NCBI GenBank assembly: GCA_963666835.2
Contig: CAXXGO010000003.1
Location: forward strand, 256,001 to 320,000
DNA from: Phycisphaerae bacterium
Lineage (GTDB): Bacteria; Planctomycetota; Phycisphaerae; UBA1845
DNA: 64,000 nt
Direction of reading: 5' to 3'
Shown here: piece by piece, positions 27,550 through 37,090 of the stretch
Layout of the letters: each line of letters begins with the position of its first letter
How positions within the stretch are numbered: position 1 is the first letter of the stretch
The notes under the pieces: generated by a model
What the model saw: the letters and a program-made list of their open reading frames with translations, nothing else
Told to the model about the DNA's origin: nothing
The model's database searches: none
Program-made: the position numbers and the translations under genes

Positions 27550-29457
27550 ATGAAGCTGCAAGTCGTTACCGGGGGATATTCGGGGATTGCCATGCTCGGT
27601 TTTCTGCTCGCTTCCGGAGGGTCGTTGTTGGCATCTGATGAGCATCGAGTGCTGGAACGTGACGAGGTCGCTAAGCCCTACAAGTGGGCCACGGAGAACA
27701 TCTTTGCCACAGACGAGGAGTGGGAGGTGGAGTTTGCCGCCCTCGAGAAGGAGATTCCGGAACTAGCGGCTTTCCGCGGGACCCTGGACAAGGGGGCGGA
27801 CAACCTGCTCACGTTCTTCGAAAAGCGGGATAAGCTGGAGCCGCGGCTGAGCCGGGTATACGTGTACACCTCGCTTCTGTCGGATCAGGACACCCGCGTC
27901 GGGAAGTACCAGTCGATGAAGTCGCGGGCCCGATCGCTCTATATCAGCTACGGGCAAGCCATGTCCTGGGTGGAACCGGAGCTGACGGCACTGCCGCTGG
28001 ATCGCCTGCAGGGATGGATGCAAGAGAACCCGGGGCTGAAGCTGTACGATCACGCTCTCGATGATCTCTTTCGGCTGAAGAAGTACATCCTCTCGCCTCG
28101 GGAAGAAGAGTTGATAGCGTTGGGGGGCGAGCTGCGGAGCACTCCGGGGAATGCGTACAACTTCCTCACCAACGCCGATATCCAGTTCCCGACGATCACG
28201 GATGAAAACGGTAATACGCGCGAGTTGGACGACTCGGCCTTCTACCTGCACATGCGGTCGCCGGACCGGCGGGTGCGCAAGGACGCCTACGACGCAATCG
28301 TGGGGACGTACGCTCAATACCGCAACACGGCCGCCGCACTGCTGAACGGTGCCGTGCAAAACCACATCTTCTCGGTCAAAGCTCGCGGGTACGACAGTTG
28401 CCTGGATGCGGCACTGCAGGGAGGCAACATCCCGGTAGGCGTCTACGACACGCTGGTAGAGACGGTCAACAAGAACCTCCCGCTCCTGCATCGGTACCAG
28501 AGCATTCGCAAGCGGGTGCTGGGGTTCAAAGACGGGGTACACGCCTACGACTTGTTCGCTCCGTTGATCGAGGGGCAGAATCTGACGTACACATACGAAG
28601 AGGCGGTGGACACGATCCTGGCGGCGCTGGCCCCCATGGGAAGCGATTATCTGACACCCATGAAGAAGGGGTTCGACTCTCGCTGGGTAGACGTATTCCC
28701 GACTAAGGGGAAACGCAGCGGGGCCTACTCGAGCGGCACCTTCCTGACACAGCCGTACATCCTTCTCAACTATCACGAGAGCTACGAGGACATGTCGACT
28801 CTCGCTCACGAGATGGGGCATTCCATGCATTCGTATTTTTCGAGGGGGACGCAGCCGTATGTGTACGCCGACTACAGCATCTTCTGCGCCGAAGTAGCGT
28901 CCACCTGCAATGAGATCCTCCTGCAGAACTACGTCTTGGCCAACACGAAGGACCCGAAGAAGAAGCTGTATTTGATCTGCGAGTTCCTCGAGGGGATCCG
29001 AGGTACGGTCTTCAGGCAAACGATGTTCAGCGAGTTCGAGCAACGCATTCACGAAATGGGCGAGGCCGGAGAGCCTCTCACGGCGGATTCGCTGGGAGCG
29101 GCCTACCGGGAGATAATGCGGAAGTACTACGGTCCGGATTACATCCACGACGACGTGGTCGACAACTACTGGATCCGAATTCCGCACTTCTACTACAACT
29201 TCTACGTGTACAAGTATGCGACCAGTTGGTGCGCGGCCTCCAACATCGCGACCCGGATCATGAAGAACGAGCCGGGCGCGCGCGACGCGTACATGTCGTT
29301 CTTGAAGGGCGGGAGCAGTCGCTATCCCGTCGACATGCTCAAGCTGGCCCGCGTGGACATGACGACTCCGAAGCCCATCCAGGCGGGGTTGGACCTCTTC
29401 GAGGATCTGCTGGACCAGGCAGAGTCTCTGCTGGATGAGCTGGGAATGAACAAGTAG
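27550..29457 (+). CDS. pepF: Oligoendopeptidase F (M3B), with apparent signal peptide
   Basis: YKW, GKRSGAYS, PYILLNY, TLAHEMGHSMHS, AEVAST, RQTMFSEFE, RIPHFYYNFYVYKYAT; start uncertain. Confidence 0.92.
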   Translation: MKLQVVTGGYSGIAMLGFLLASGGSLLASDEHRVLERDEVAKPYKWATENIFATDEEWEVEFAALEKEIPELAAFRGTLDKGADNLLTFFEKRDKLEPRLSRVYVYTSLLSDQDTRVGKYQSMKSRARSLYISYGQAMSWVEPELTALPLDRLQGWMQENPGLKLYDHALDDLFRLKKYILSPREEELIALGGELRSTPGNAYNFLTNADIQFPTITDENGNTRELDDSAFYLHMRSPDRRVRKDAYDAIVGTYAQYRNTAAALLNGAVQNHIFSVKARGYDSCLDAALQGGNIPVGVYDTLVETVNKNLPLLHRYQSIRKRVLGFKDGVHAYDLFAPLIEGQNLTYTYEEAVDTILAALAPMGSDYLTPMKKGFDSRWVDVFPTKGKRSGAYSSGTFLTQPYILLNYHESYEDMSTLAHEMGHSMHSYFSRGTQPYVYADYSIFCAEVASTCNEILLQNYVLANTKDPKKKLYLICEFLEGIRGTVFRQTMFSEFEQRIHEMGEAGEPLTADSLGAAYREIMRKYYGPDYIHDDVVDNYWIRIPHFYYNFYVYKYATSWCAASNIATRIMKNEPGARDAYMSFLKGGSSRYPVDMLKLARVDMTTPKPIQAGLDLFEDLLDQAESLLDELGMNK

Positions 29458-29480
29458 AGGAGCCGGAAGCCGGGACGCGA

Positions 29481-29885
29481 TCAGGCGGAGGGCTGAGTAG
29501 ATTCCGAGCCTGTGGCGCCCGGGAACAGAGCACTCAGCCCCGACGGCGAATCGGTGGGCATTACCGCGCGAGTAGGGAGCGAGGCTCGGGCGATGACGGT
29601 TGATGGGCGGCGGTGGGCGTCCGGACGCGCGGCTCCGGATGTCCGGCGCCGTGAGTGCGGCTCGGGCTGATGGTGGCGGCGTCCCAAACAGTGATAGTGA
29701 CGATGGGGTGACGAAGTTGCCCAGAAGACTGCGACGACCCAACCGAGAACGCTCCAACCCGCGCAGATATTGAGTAGGCAGATCCAGCCCAGATGCCGAT
29801 GCTCGCGGATGAACGCGATGATGGACGGCAGGAAGTAGCCGAGTAGAACGAACCCGCACAGCACTGGGTACGGTATCGTATGCAT
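29481..29885 (-). CDS. Superinfection immunity protein (T4 Imm-like family)
   Basis: YFLPSIIAFIREH...ICLLNICAGWSVLGWVVAVFWA is the Imm family signature; followed by a low-complexity tail. Confidence 0.8.
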   Translation of the reverse strand: MHTIPYPVLCGFVLLGYFLPSIIAFIREHRHLGWICLLNICAGWSVLGWVVAVFWATSSPHRHYHCLGRRHHQPEPHSRRRTSGAARPDAHRRPSTVIARASLPTRAVMPTDSPSGLSALFPGATGSESTQPSA

Positions 29886-30062
29886 CCTGCGATGGTCCTC
29901 ACGGAAAGGCGACTCTGTCGATAATATCGGCAGGCTGCGGCGGCTCTTGCAGTTATCAGCCTTTCACGGCGTGGCGACGTTTCCCGCTAAACGGGCGTAA
30001 CAATACTGATTCCACGGGTTTTCCCGCGCCCGCCCGCCTGCCGCGAGGACGGCATCAGCCAT

Positions 30063-30112
30063 GTAGGTCGGGCTAAGCCCGACAGTTTCGCGTTGGGCTG
30101 AGCCCGACCGAC
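30063..30112. repeat. GTAG-type REP doublet (REPIN-like)
   Basis: GTAGGTCGGGCTAAGCCCGAC (30063-30083) and an inverted copy at 30092-30112 (GTCGGTCGGGCTCAGCCCAAC on the minus strand, 18/21 identical); each is a hairpin. Confidence 0.75.
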
Positions 30113-31633
30113 TCAGAAGGGACCCCAAACAGCAGGCTCTCTACGACCTGCTCCATTGACGGGGTGTCCCAATGTTAAGGTTGGGAAGATGACGCCGCCG
30201 ACGTACGTCCAGAGCGTTCCAAGGACAATCCACCAGGGCCACGCAACATACACGACCTGATGACGCTCTTGGAGCCACTTCAAAGCCGCCAAGCCCGCGA
30301 CGGAGGTGAGCATGGCGATCGTATTGACCACGTCTTGCCCGCGGTTTCTCGTGGTCACCCCGAGTAAGAATACGCCGAGCATACCGCCGAAGATGATGCT
30401 CACCCATTGGAAGGCCTGCCAAAGCAGGGCATCGTACCGAGCGAAGGCCAGGGCCACGCCCACCAGCAACGCACCAAACAGCAGCGCGAACAGCCGGGCC
30501 ATTCTCAGGTAGTGTCTCTCATCCGCGTCTGTCCGAACAAACGGACGATAGAGGTCCGTTACGGCAGTTGACGAGAGCGCCCCGAGAGCGGAATCCAGGC
30601 TCGACATAGCTGCGGCGAAGATACCCGCTATCAGCAGTCCCTTGAGCCCCCATCCCGAAGGCATGAGCTTGGCGATCACGTGCGGGAAGATCCGCTCACC
30701 CTTCTGGTGAATTTCCGGCGGCAGAGCTTCTCCGCCCAGCGCGGCCAAGTATATGTAGATGAGCGTCCCGATCAGAAGGAAAAGGCAGACGATCGGCAGC
30801 CCGGCGAGGGCGTTGAACATCAACGAGCGTTGCCCGCGCCGAAGGTCCGGGCAGGTCAGCATTCGTTGCGTAAGATCCTGGTCAACACCCAGGGCAGCCA
30901 TGTTCTGAACCGTGGCGTAAATGAACAGAACCCAGAATGCCTTGTCGTTGTTGGGCCGCCAATCCCAAGTGAAGATCTTCAGTTTGCCGGTGTGGCAGGC
31001 CGTGGCGAGGTTTTCCGCCCATGTTCCGGGGATGGCGTCAAACAGAAACACAACCGCGGCCAGTCCGCCAGCCACGAACACGATGGCCTGCAGGGCGTCC
31101 GTCCAGATGATGGACTTGATCCCGCCGAAAGTCGTGTACGCTACGGCGACTCCGGCGCCCACGACGACCACCCAGGTAAGAGGCCAGTTGAAGACCAGTG
31201 CTATTGCCAGAGATGCGGCCAGCAGCCGGAAACCGCTACCGATAATCCGAGACACCACAAACATGAGCGAAGCGGCGGTCCGCGTCCACGGGCCGAATCG
31301 GCGGCCGAGATACTCGTACACGGTGGTGACCGAGTTGCCGTAGAAGGCGGGGAGAAGCAGCAGAATGATCAGCATTCGCCCAATGAACGCCCCGGCGTAC
31401 ATCTGCAGGTAGTTCCAGTCGCCTCGATACGAATCCGCCGGGACGCTGATGAACGTCAGGGCGCTGACCTCGGTTGCGATGATCGAGAGGCCGACGACGA
31501 ACCAGTGCTGCCGCTTCCCGCCAAGGAAGAAGTCGTGAGTGTTGCGTTCACCGCGGCCGGCATAGAGACCGACTGCCAGAATGGCGATGGAGTACCCCCC
31601 CAGAACCAGCCAATCTAGTAGTCCGAGCCTCAT
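30113..31633 (-). CDS. Sodium:solute symporter (SSS) family transporter
   Basis: DFFLGG, SIIATEVSALTFISVP, TVYEYLGRRFG, GGIKSIIWTD, DQDLTQR, AAAMSSLDS; TGATG coupling to the GH20 gene. Confidence 0.92.
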   Translation of the reverse strand: MRLGLLDWLVLGGYSIAILAVGLYAGRGERNTHDFFLGGKRQHWFVVGLSIIATEVSALTFISVPADSYRGDWNYLQMYAGAFIGRMLIILLLLPAFYGNSVTTVYEYLGRRFGPWTRTAASLMFVVSRIIGSGFRLLAASLAIALVFNWPLTWVVVVGAGVAVAYTTFGGIKSIIWTDALQAIVFVAGGLAAVVFLFDAIPGTWAENLATACHTGKLKIFTWDWRPNNDKAFWVLFIYATVQNMAALGVDQDLTQRMLTCPDLRRGQRSLMFNALAGLPIVCLFLLIGTLIYIYLAALGGEALPPEIHQKGERIFPHVIAKLMPSGWGLKGLLIAGIFAAAMSSLDSALGALSSTAVTDLYRPFVRTDADERHYLRMARLFALLFGALLVGVALAFARYDALLWQAFQWVSIIFGGMLGVFLLGVTTRNRGQDVVNTIAMLTSVAGLAALKWLQERHQVVYVAWPWWIVLGTLWTYVGGVIFPTLTLGHPVNGAGRREPAVWGPF

Positions 31634-33486
31634 CAAGCCCCTCCGGGACGAATCTCGCGTCCGAGGTCTTCGAGCATGCGCGTGATGTCGTCCAGCCCGG
31701 AGTCCTTGTTGCGCATCCGCCAACAATCGGCGAATTCGTCGGTCAACGCGGCCAGCGTCTCAGCCCACGCCTCGCGTTGGCCGGGTGAAGCGGTGGATTC
31801 CGGTGGGTTGGCTCCGGACCGACGAGTGAACCGGATCTTATCGACGAACAGCTCGGTGAACCGGCAGGCCAACAGCAATTCGCGAAGGTCCTGCTGGTCC
31901 GTTCCGACAGCCCCCGATCGGTCTTCGAGCCACCGCGCCGCCTCCGCGGCAGCCTGCGCCGTCTGATGAAGCTCTGCCTCGTTCGGCAGGCCGGGTTCGT
32001 TCTGCAACGTCGTTAGCGGGATCCAGAACAGACGCCAGGTCTCGTATTGTGCGGCGATAGCCGACGCGGATCGAAGAAGGGCGACTCCGCATGAATCCGG
32101 CGTGCCGAAGTGATGGTAGGCAAATCGGGCGTCGAAAGGCTCGCCGGTAGTGTGGTCGGCGCGCCATCCGCAGGCTGCCCCGAGGGCGAAGCCGTGCCAT
32201 GAGCCGGCGAGTGTGTTGAAATGTCCGTGGTCACCCCAGTCCGTGTTAATCAACCCGGTGGCGCCGTGCCTCTTCCCAGCATCGGCAAACGCCGCGATAT
32301 TACGCTCCGCGAGATCCATGGCGGGGATGATCCTCTTCCATCCGGATGTGCCCGGGCAGACAAAGGTCTCCAGCCCGGCCTCTACGAATCCCGCGGTCCC
32401 TTCGTAGTCGGCCTGGTCGTCGTAGCCCCAGTGGAGAACCGTCGCGTCGCGCGGCAAGCGATCCAACAGGTCGGGGTAGTTGCGGACGACATCGCTCCAG
32501 AACTGGGTTCGTCGGCCGTGCGATGCGCAAATGTCGTGCGTTTTGCGAAGGTGCCGAACGTATGGTCGGCCTTTGCCGGTTGAAGAGAACGCCTCTTTGT
32601 TCTTGCCTTCACCGAGGTCCCAGGGTTCGTCGCCACAGATGTTCACCACCGGGCTCGAGAACGCCTGCAGTACATCGATCCACATCTGCTCGATGAGTGA
32701 AAACGCCTCGGGGCTGCTGCAGTCCAGCGTCAACCCGCGCATCCGCTGAGGCCAGTCCATCCGGTCCCACGTGAGCTTGCCTTCGATCTCGGCGAGGTGG
32801 CGATATCGGGGCATTGACAGAATGCGGCCCATGTGACCAATTGTTGCGAGGGCGGGGACCAGATTGATAAACCGCTCGCGGCAGTAGCGGTCCAGCTCCC
32901 GGATTTCGTGGGGAGTCAGCCCGTTCCGCGAAACGCAAATCTCCGGATCGAAAGAGAAGACGAACGCGTGCTCGATATTGAGCTGGAGTTGATTGATCTT
33001 CAGAGAGGCGAGCCGGGCGGCCAGCGTTTTCAGCGTGTCGAGCTTCGGCACCTTGCCGCGGGTGACGTCATGCAGCAGCCCCCGCGTCGCGAAGTCGGGG
33101 TAGTCCGTGATTTCGCCGCACGAGACCAAGCCCTCTCCCGGTTTGGATAGCTGCGCGAGGGTCTGGATTCCGTAGAAGCACCCGGCCGCTGACCCGCCCG
33201 TAAGCTGGACCGTGCCGGGGCTGACCTTCAGGTGGTAGCCTTCCCGGTTCGGCATTGCATTACGATCGACAACCACGAACACTGTTGTCGGGCTACCGGA
33301 GCCGACGGTTGAGCCGTCCCGCTCAGACTCTCCCAGCCATCTGTGTAAGGCCGCTGTGACGCGAGAATCGGCAACGCTCGCTTCCACCCGGCAATCGGTA
33401 CCGACTTGGCAGAATCCAGTGGTGAAACGCATCTCGAGTGGTGCCGGCAGAAGGAGCTGCGACGGATCGAGTGGTGGTGCGTTCAT
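31633..33486 (-). CDS. Glycoside hydrolase family 20 (beta-N-acetylhexosaminidase-like)
   Basis: EGYHL, GCFYGIQTLAQL, DYPDFATRGLLHDVTRGKVP, catalytic NICGDE, TDWGDHGH; start uncertain (33486 or upstream). Confidence 0.88.
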   Translation of the reverse strand: MNAPPLDPSQLLLPAPLEMRFTTGFCQVGTDCRVEASVADSRVTAALHRWLGESERDGSTVGSGSPTTVFVVVDRNAMPNREGYHLKVSPGTVQLTGGSAAGCFYGIQTLAQLSKPGEGLVSCGEITDYPDFATRGLLHDVTRGKVPKLDTLKTLAARLASLKINQLQLNIEHAFVFSFDPEICVSRNGLTPHEIRELDRYCRERFINLVPALATIGHMGRILSMPRYRHLAEIEGKLTWDRMDWPQRMRGLTLDCSSPEAFSLIEQMWIDVLQAFSSPVVNICGDEPWDLGEGKNKEAFSSTGKGRPYVRHLRKTHDICASHGRRTQFWSDVVRNYPDLLDRLPRDATVLHWGYDDQADYEGTAGFVEAGLETFVCPGTSGWKRIIPAMDLAERNIAAFADAGKRHGATGLINTDWGDHGHFNTLAGSWHGFALGAACGWRADHTTGEPFDARFAYHHFGTPDSCGVALLRSASAIAAQYETWRLFWIPLTTLQNEPGLPNEAELHQTAQAAAEAARWLEDRSGAVGTDQQDLRELLLACRFTELFVDKIRFTRRSGANPPESTASPGQREAWAETLAALTDEFADCWRMRNKDSGLDDITRMLEDLGREIRPGGA

Positions 33487-33657
33487 GCCCCATTTGTACC
33501 CGCTGGCGCCGTCCTGCGGAACCTGACTGCTTGTCAGTTTCCGGATGCCGCTCCCACCATCCGGAGCCGGTTCGCTTCCGTCTTGCTCGGCGGCTTGCGT
33601 ACGGGAAGGTTCCAACTAGCATGGAGCACGATCAGACGTTTGCCGATAGTCAGCGAT

Positions 33658-34656
33658 ATGAAAGAGTACCGGAGGACCGACGCACAGAACAGAAGCGGCG
33701 AAGCCGGTCCGCGCTGCCTGGCCGTCATGTACCACTATGTGCATGATTGCGAACCGATGATGTCGCACGGAGTCGGCGGGCTGTCCACCGCAGACTTCAA
33801 CCGGCAGCTCGATCAGCTTTGCAGCAGTATGGAGCCCATCGATTGGCCCTCGGTTTACGCCTGGCTGGATGGACGAGGTAGCATTCCCGAGCGTTGTTTC
33901 CTGCTCACCTTCGACGACGGACTTGCCGACCATGTCAAGGTCGTTCTTCCGATCCTTCAGCAGCGCCAGTTGCACGGCGTGTTCTTCGTTCCCGGTCGGG
34001 TGTTGACCCACGGGGGGATGTTGCCGGCCCACGCGATTCACTTACTTCTCTCCACCCTCGGGGAGGAACAACTGCGGGGCGAGCTCCTGGCCTACCTGCG
34101 CACCCATGCGCCGGATACGGATTGGGCGACGACGCTGGAAGCCGAGGCCGCAGAGGTGATGTACCACTATGAGTCCAAGGCTCGCGCTCAACTGAAGTAT
34201 CTTCTGACGATGACGCTTCCACTCGCCCTGCGCCGGGCGGCAGTTGAGAGTCTGTTTACCCGGCATGTAGGATCGCTAACGCGCTGGGGCCGATCGTGGT
34301 ACATGGGCTGGGACGACGTGATGGAGCTGGAGACATTGGGCCACACGATCGGCGCACACGGGCAGAGCCACGAACCTTATGCCCGGCTTACGGCGTCTGA
34401 GTTCTGTGAAGACATCTATCGCGTTGCCGCGGTCTTGAAAGCGGGGATTGGTGCAGGGATCCGGCCGTTCTCCTACCCGTACGGAAGCTTCGACGAAGAG
34501 GCTATGAAAACGTGTCGCGGGGTGGGGTTTGCCCACGCATTCACAACGGAACGCAACTGGATCACGGCCGATTGCGATGTCATGCGAATCCCGCGAGTCG
34601 ATACTATCGACGTAGGCAAGGTACTGCAGGAGAAGTCGACATGCCTTCAGGCATAG
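33658..34656 (+). CDS. Polysaccharide deacetylase family protein (CE4-like)
   Basis: MYHYV, LLTFDDG, IGAHGQSH, FSYPYG, IPRVD. Confidence 0.88.
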   Translation: MKEYRRTDAQNRSGEAGPRCLAVMYHYVHDCEPMMSHGVGGLSTADFNRQLDQLCSSMEPIDWPSVYAWLDGRGSIPERCFLLTFDDGLADHVKVVLPILQQRQLHGVFFVPGRVLTHGGMLPAHAIHLLLSTLGEEQLRGELLAYLRTHAPDTDWATTLEAEAAEVMYHYESKARAQLKYLLTMTLPLALRRAAVESLFTRHVGSLTRWGRSWYMGWDDVMELETLGHTIGAHGQSHEPYARLTASEFCEDIYRVAAVLKAGIGAGIRPFSYPYGSFDEEAMKTCRGVGFAHAFTTERNWITADCDVMRIPRVDTIDVGKVLQEKSTCLQA

Positions 34657-35594
34657 CCAGGGAAGGTGAATCCGCCACGCTGCTCAAGCGCTTTCTGCAG
34701 GCCTACTGGCTGCGCCCGGAGAATGCCTTCTGGATGACACTTCGCAGCCGGGTGTTGGCCGATCACCTGCGAAAGCCGCCGGCGATAGACCTAAGCTGCG
34801 GGGACGGCGTCTTCACTTTTCTGCACCTTGGCGGCGTCTTCGACGAACGGTTCGACGTCTTCTCGGCCACCGCAGGCCTGGACGAAGTCCGGGACCGGCA
34901 TCGCGACATGTTCGATTACGTCGATGATACATACCACCCGGTAATTCAGAAGCGTCCCGATACTATGTTGGCCGTCGGGGCGGATCTGAAACCCGCTCTG
35001 CTCGCCAAGGCCGAGCGGCTTTCCGTCTACGAGCGGCTGGTCCGAAACGACAACAATGAGACCCTGCCGTTCGAGGACGGCGAGTTTCAAACGGTGTACT
35101 GCAACGCCGCATACTGGGCTGAGAACATCACCGGTTTTCTCAGCGAACTGAAACGGATCGTGCAACCGGCGGGGCGGGTGATTCTTCAGGTCAAGTTGGC
35201 CGACGTCCGCAACTACACTCTCGAACAGTATCGTTCGGTGCTCGGTGACCGCTTCCTGGATCTGCTCGGTCGTGGCCGTGTGGAATGCTGGCCGAGCTTG
35301 GCGGATCGCGTCACCTGGGAATCGCGGTTTGCTGCTGCCGGCTTGTCTGTTATCGAAGAGACGCCGTTTGTAACCAGTACCCACGCCCACATTTGGGACG
35401 TCGGACTCCGGCCCATTGCGCCGCTGCTGGTCAAGATGGCCAACGCTCTCACCGCGGATACGCGGGCATCGATAAAGGCCGATTGGGTGGATCTGTTCTG
35501 CGATCTACTCGCGCCGATCTGCAATCCGGAGCTGCGGTTGCTTCCCAAGAAGGGGGAACCGGCCGAGATCCAGTACGTGCTGAAGCGCGCTTGA
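34641..35594 (+). CDS. Class I SAM-dependent methyltransferase
   Basis: DLSCGDG motif I, LPFEDGEFQTV, ELKRIVQPAG; AGGAG RBS; overlaps the deacetylase stop. Confidence 0.8.
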   Translation: MPSGIAREGESATLLKRFLQAYWLRPENAFWMTLRSRVLADHLRKPPAIDLSCGDGVFTFLHLGGVFDERFDVFSATAGLDEVRDRHRDMFDYVDDTYHPVIQKRPDTMLAVGADLKPALLAKAERLSVYERLVRNDNNETLPFEDGEFQTVYCNAAYWAENITGFLSELKRIVQPAGRVILQVKLADVRNYTLEQYRSVLGDRFLDLLGRGRVECWPSLADRVTWESRFAAAGLSVIEETPFVTSTHAHIWDVGLRPIAPLLVKMANALTADTRASIKADWVDLFCDLLAPICNPELRLLPKKGEPAEIQYVLKRA

Positions 35595-35644
35595 CGAGGC
35601 CGACGGTTTCGCAACGGCCAATGCTACGTCAGACCTGGGTTCTC

Positions 35645-35671
35645 GGGTGTGCCACTGCTCTTGAGCAGTGC
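35645..35671. repeat. Short palindrome (REP-like or bidirectional terminator) between convergent genes
   Basis: CACTGCTC-TT-GAGCAGTG perfect 8-bp stem at 35653-35670. Confidence 0.45.
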
Positions 35672-35723
35672 AGAGACGGGGCATAGTGCGGATTGAACCA
35701 AGACCTTTTCGTTTAACATAGCA

Positions 35724-36902
35724 CTAGGACGCCGTGGAAACCCTGAGTTGCCCGGCAGTAGCGGCCTGTGAGGTAGCTCGTTCCGGAGAACGTTGCGTTA
35801 CGCAAACGGTGTCATAAAGCGCCAGCAAGTCGCTGCGGAGACGGTCCATACTGAATCGGGATTTCGCAAGGGCGCGAGCGAACCGCGAATACGCAGCGCG
35901 CAGAGACGTGTCTGTAGCTACTCTCCGGAGAGCGCCGGCCAACTTTGCCGGTTCCTTCGGCGGGACAAGAAGCCCCTCGCGTCCGTTGGTGACCACTTCC
36001 GGCACGGCCCCGACCCGCGTTGCTACGACGGGAAGACCATGCGAAAGAGCTTCGAGCAGCGAGATCGGCATGCCCTCGTGGTGGCTCGGCTGGACGTAGA
36101 AGTCGGCCCACTCCAACAGTTTCGTCTTCTCTTCTCCGCGAACGGAGCCCACGTAGCGTACGATTCCCTCCAGATCACTGTCGCATATTTTCTTATCGAG
36201 CACGGCCGCATCTCCGGCGGTTCCCGGTGGGCCTGCCAACACCAATTCGAAGTCGACCCCGCCGGTGTGGAGGCGACGGCACGCTTCCAGCAGATCATCG
36301 ATACCCTTCCAGGCATCCATGCGGGCGAGCAGCAGCAGCCGGCACGGACCGTCGTGTTGCTTACTGGCCGGCGAGCACGGCAGGGGAACGGCATTCTCAA
36401 CAACCGTGATCTTGGCGTTAGGGGACATCTGCAGCAGCTTCTGCTGCCACCAATCGGACAGAGCGATAACCCGGTCCGCTCTCTGCAACGCCCGGCGGAT
36501 CAGGCGTCTCTTGAGCATCCCCGCGCCGGCAAAGAACTCGTCGAAGGTCGCTCCGTGAATGTGCAACACCACTCGACACCCCGCGCGCCGGGCCGTGCTC
36601 ATGTCGGCCAGCGAACGGAAGAAGGAGAAACCACTGCAAGTGTGCAGATGGACGATACCGACCTGCTTGTCGCGTATCGTATCTGCCAGTAGCTTCAGGT
36701 GTCGCATGTGACGCCGGGCGCGACGGAGAAGAGACTCCGGCTCCTCTGGGGCGAACGTCGCAGCCAGGAAAGCCGTGCGATACCGTTTGTCGAAATCAAG
36801 CCCCTGGATCTGCTGCGCTACTTCGGCCATTCCACCCACGATTGTGGGCGGCGGGCCAACGTGGAGGACCGTCGTCGTCGCTACTTCATTCTCGTTGGGC
36901 AT
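35724..36902 (-). CDS. Glycosyltransferase family 4
   Basis: GGMAEV, HIHG, KGIDDL, PSHHEGMPISLLEALSHGLPVVATRVGAVPE. Confidence 0.92.
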   Translation of the reverse strand: MPNENEVATTTVLHVGPPPTIVGGMAEVAQQIQGLDFDKRYRTAFLAATFAPEEPESLLRRARRHMRHLKLLADTIRDKQVGIVHLHTCSGFSFFRSLADMSTARRAGCRVVLHIHGATFDEFFAGAGMLKRRLIRRALQRADRVIALSDWWQQKLLQMSPNAKITVVENAVPLPCSPASKQHDGPCRLLLLARMDAWKGIDDLLEACRRLHTGGVDFELVLAGPPGTAGDAAVLDKKICDSDLEGIVRYVGSVRGEEKTKLLEWADFYVQPSHHEGMPISLLEALSHGLPVVATRVGAVPEVVTNGREGLLVPPKEPAKLAGALRRVATDTSLRAAYSRFARALAKSRFSMDRLRSDLLALYDTVCVTQRSPERATSQAATAGQLRVSTAS

Positions 36903-37090
36903 GAGTGTTCAATCCCATCATGCACTGCGTTTATCGGGGATGCTTCCGGTTCTTCGGCTTACCGGACTGGTGGATTTAGCCGATAACGCGCCCCATTTGC
37001 GGTGCGCGAGAACCGGGGCTCGCGAGGGCTGCACGGCCGGTTTGAGCATACGAGAGGAGGATTGCGGACCGTCGGTCCGATATTTGTTCA

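Noticed and set aside
27763..29859. 698-aa antisense ORF over pepF
   Set aside because: Shadow frame expected from strong GC3 codon bias; no recognisable motifs.
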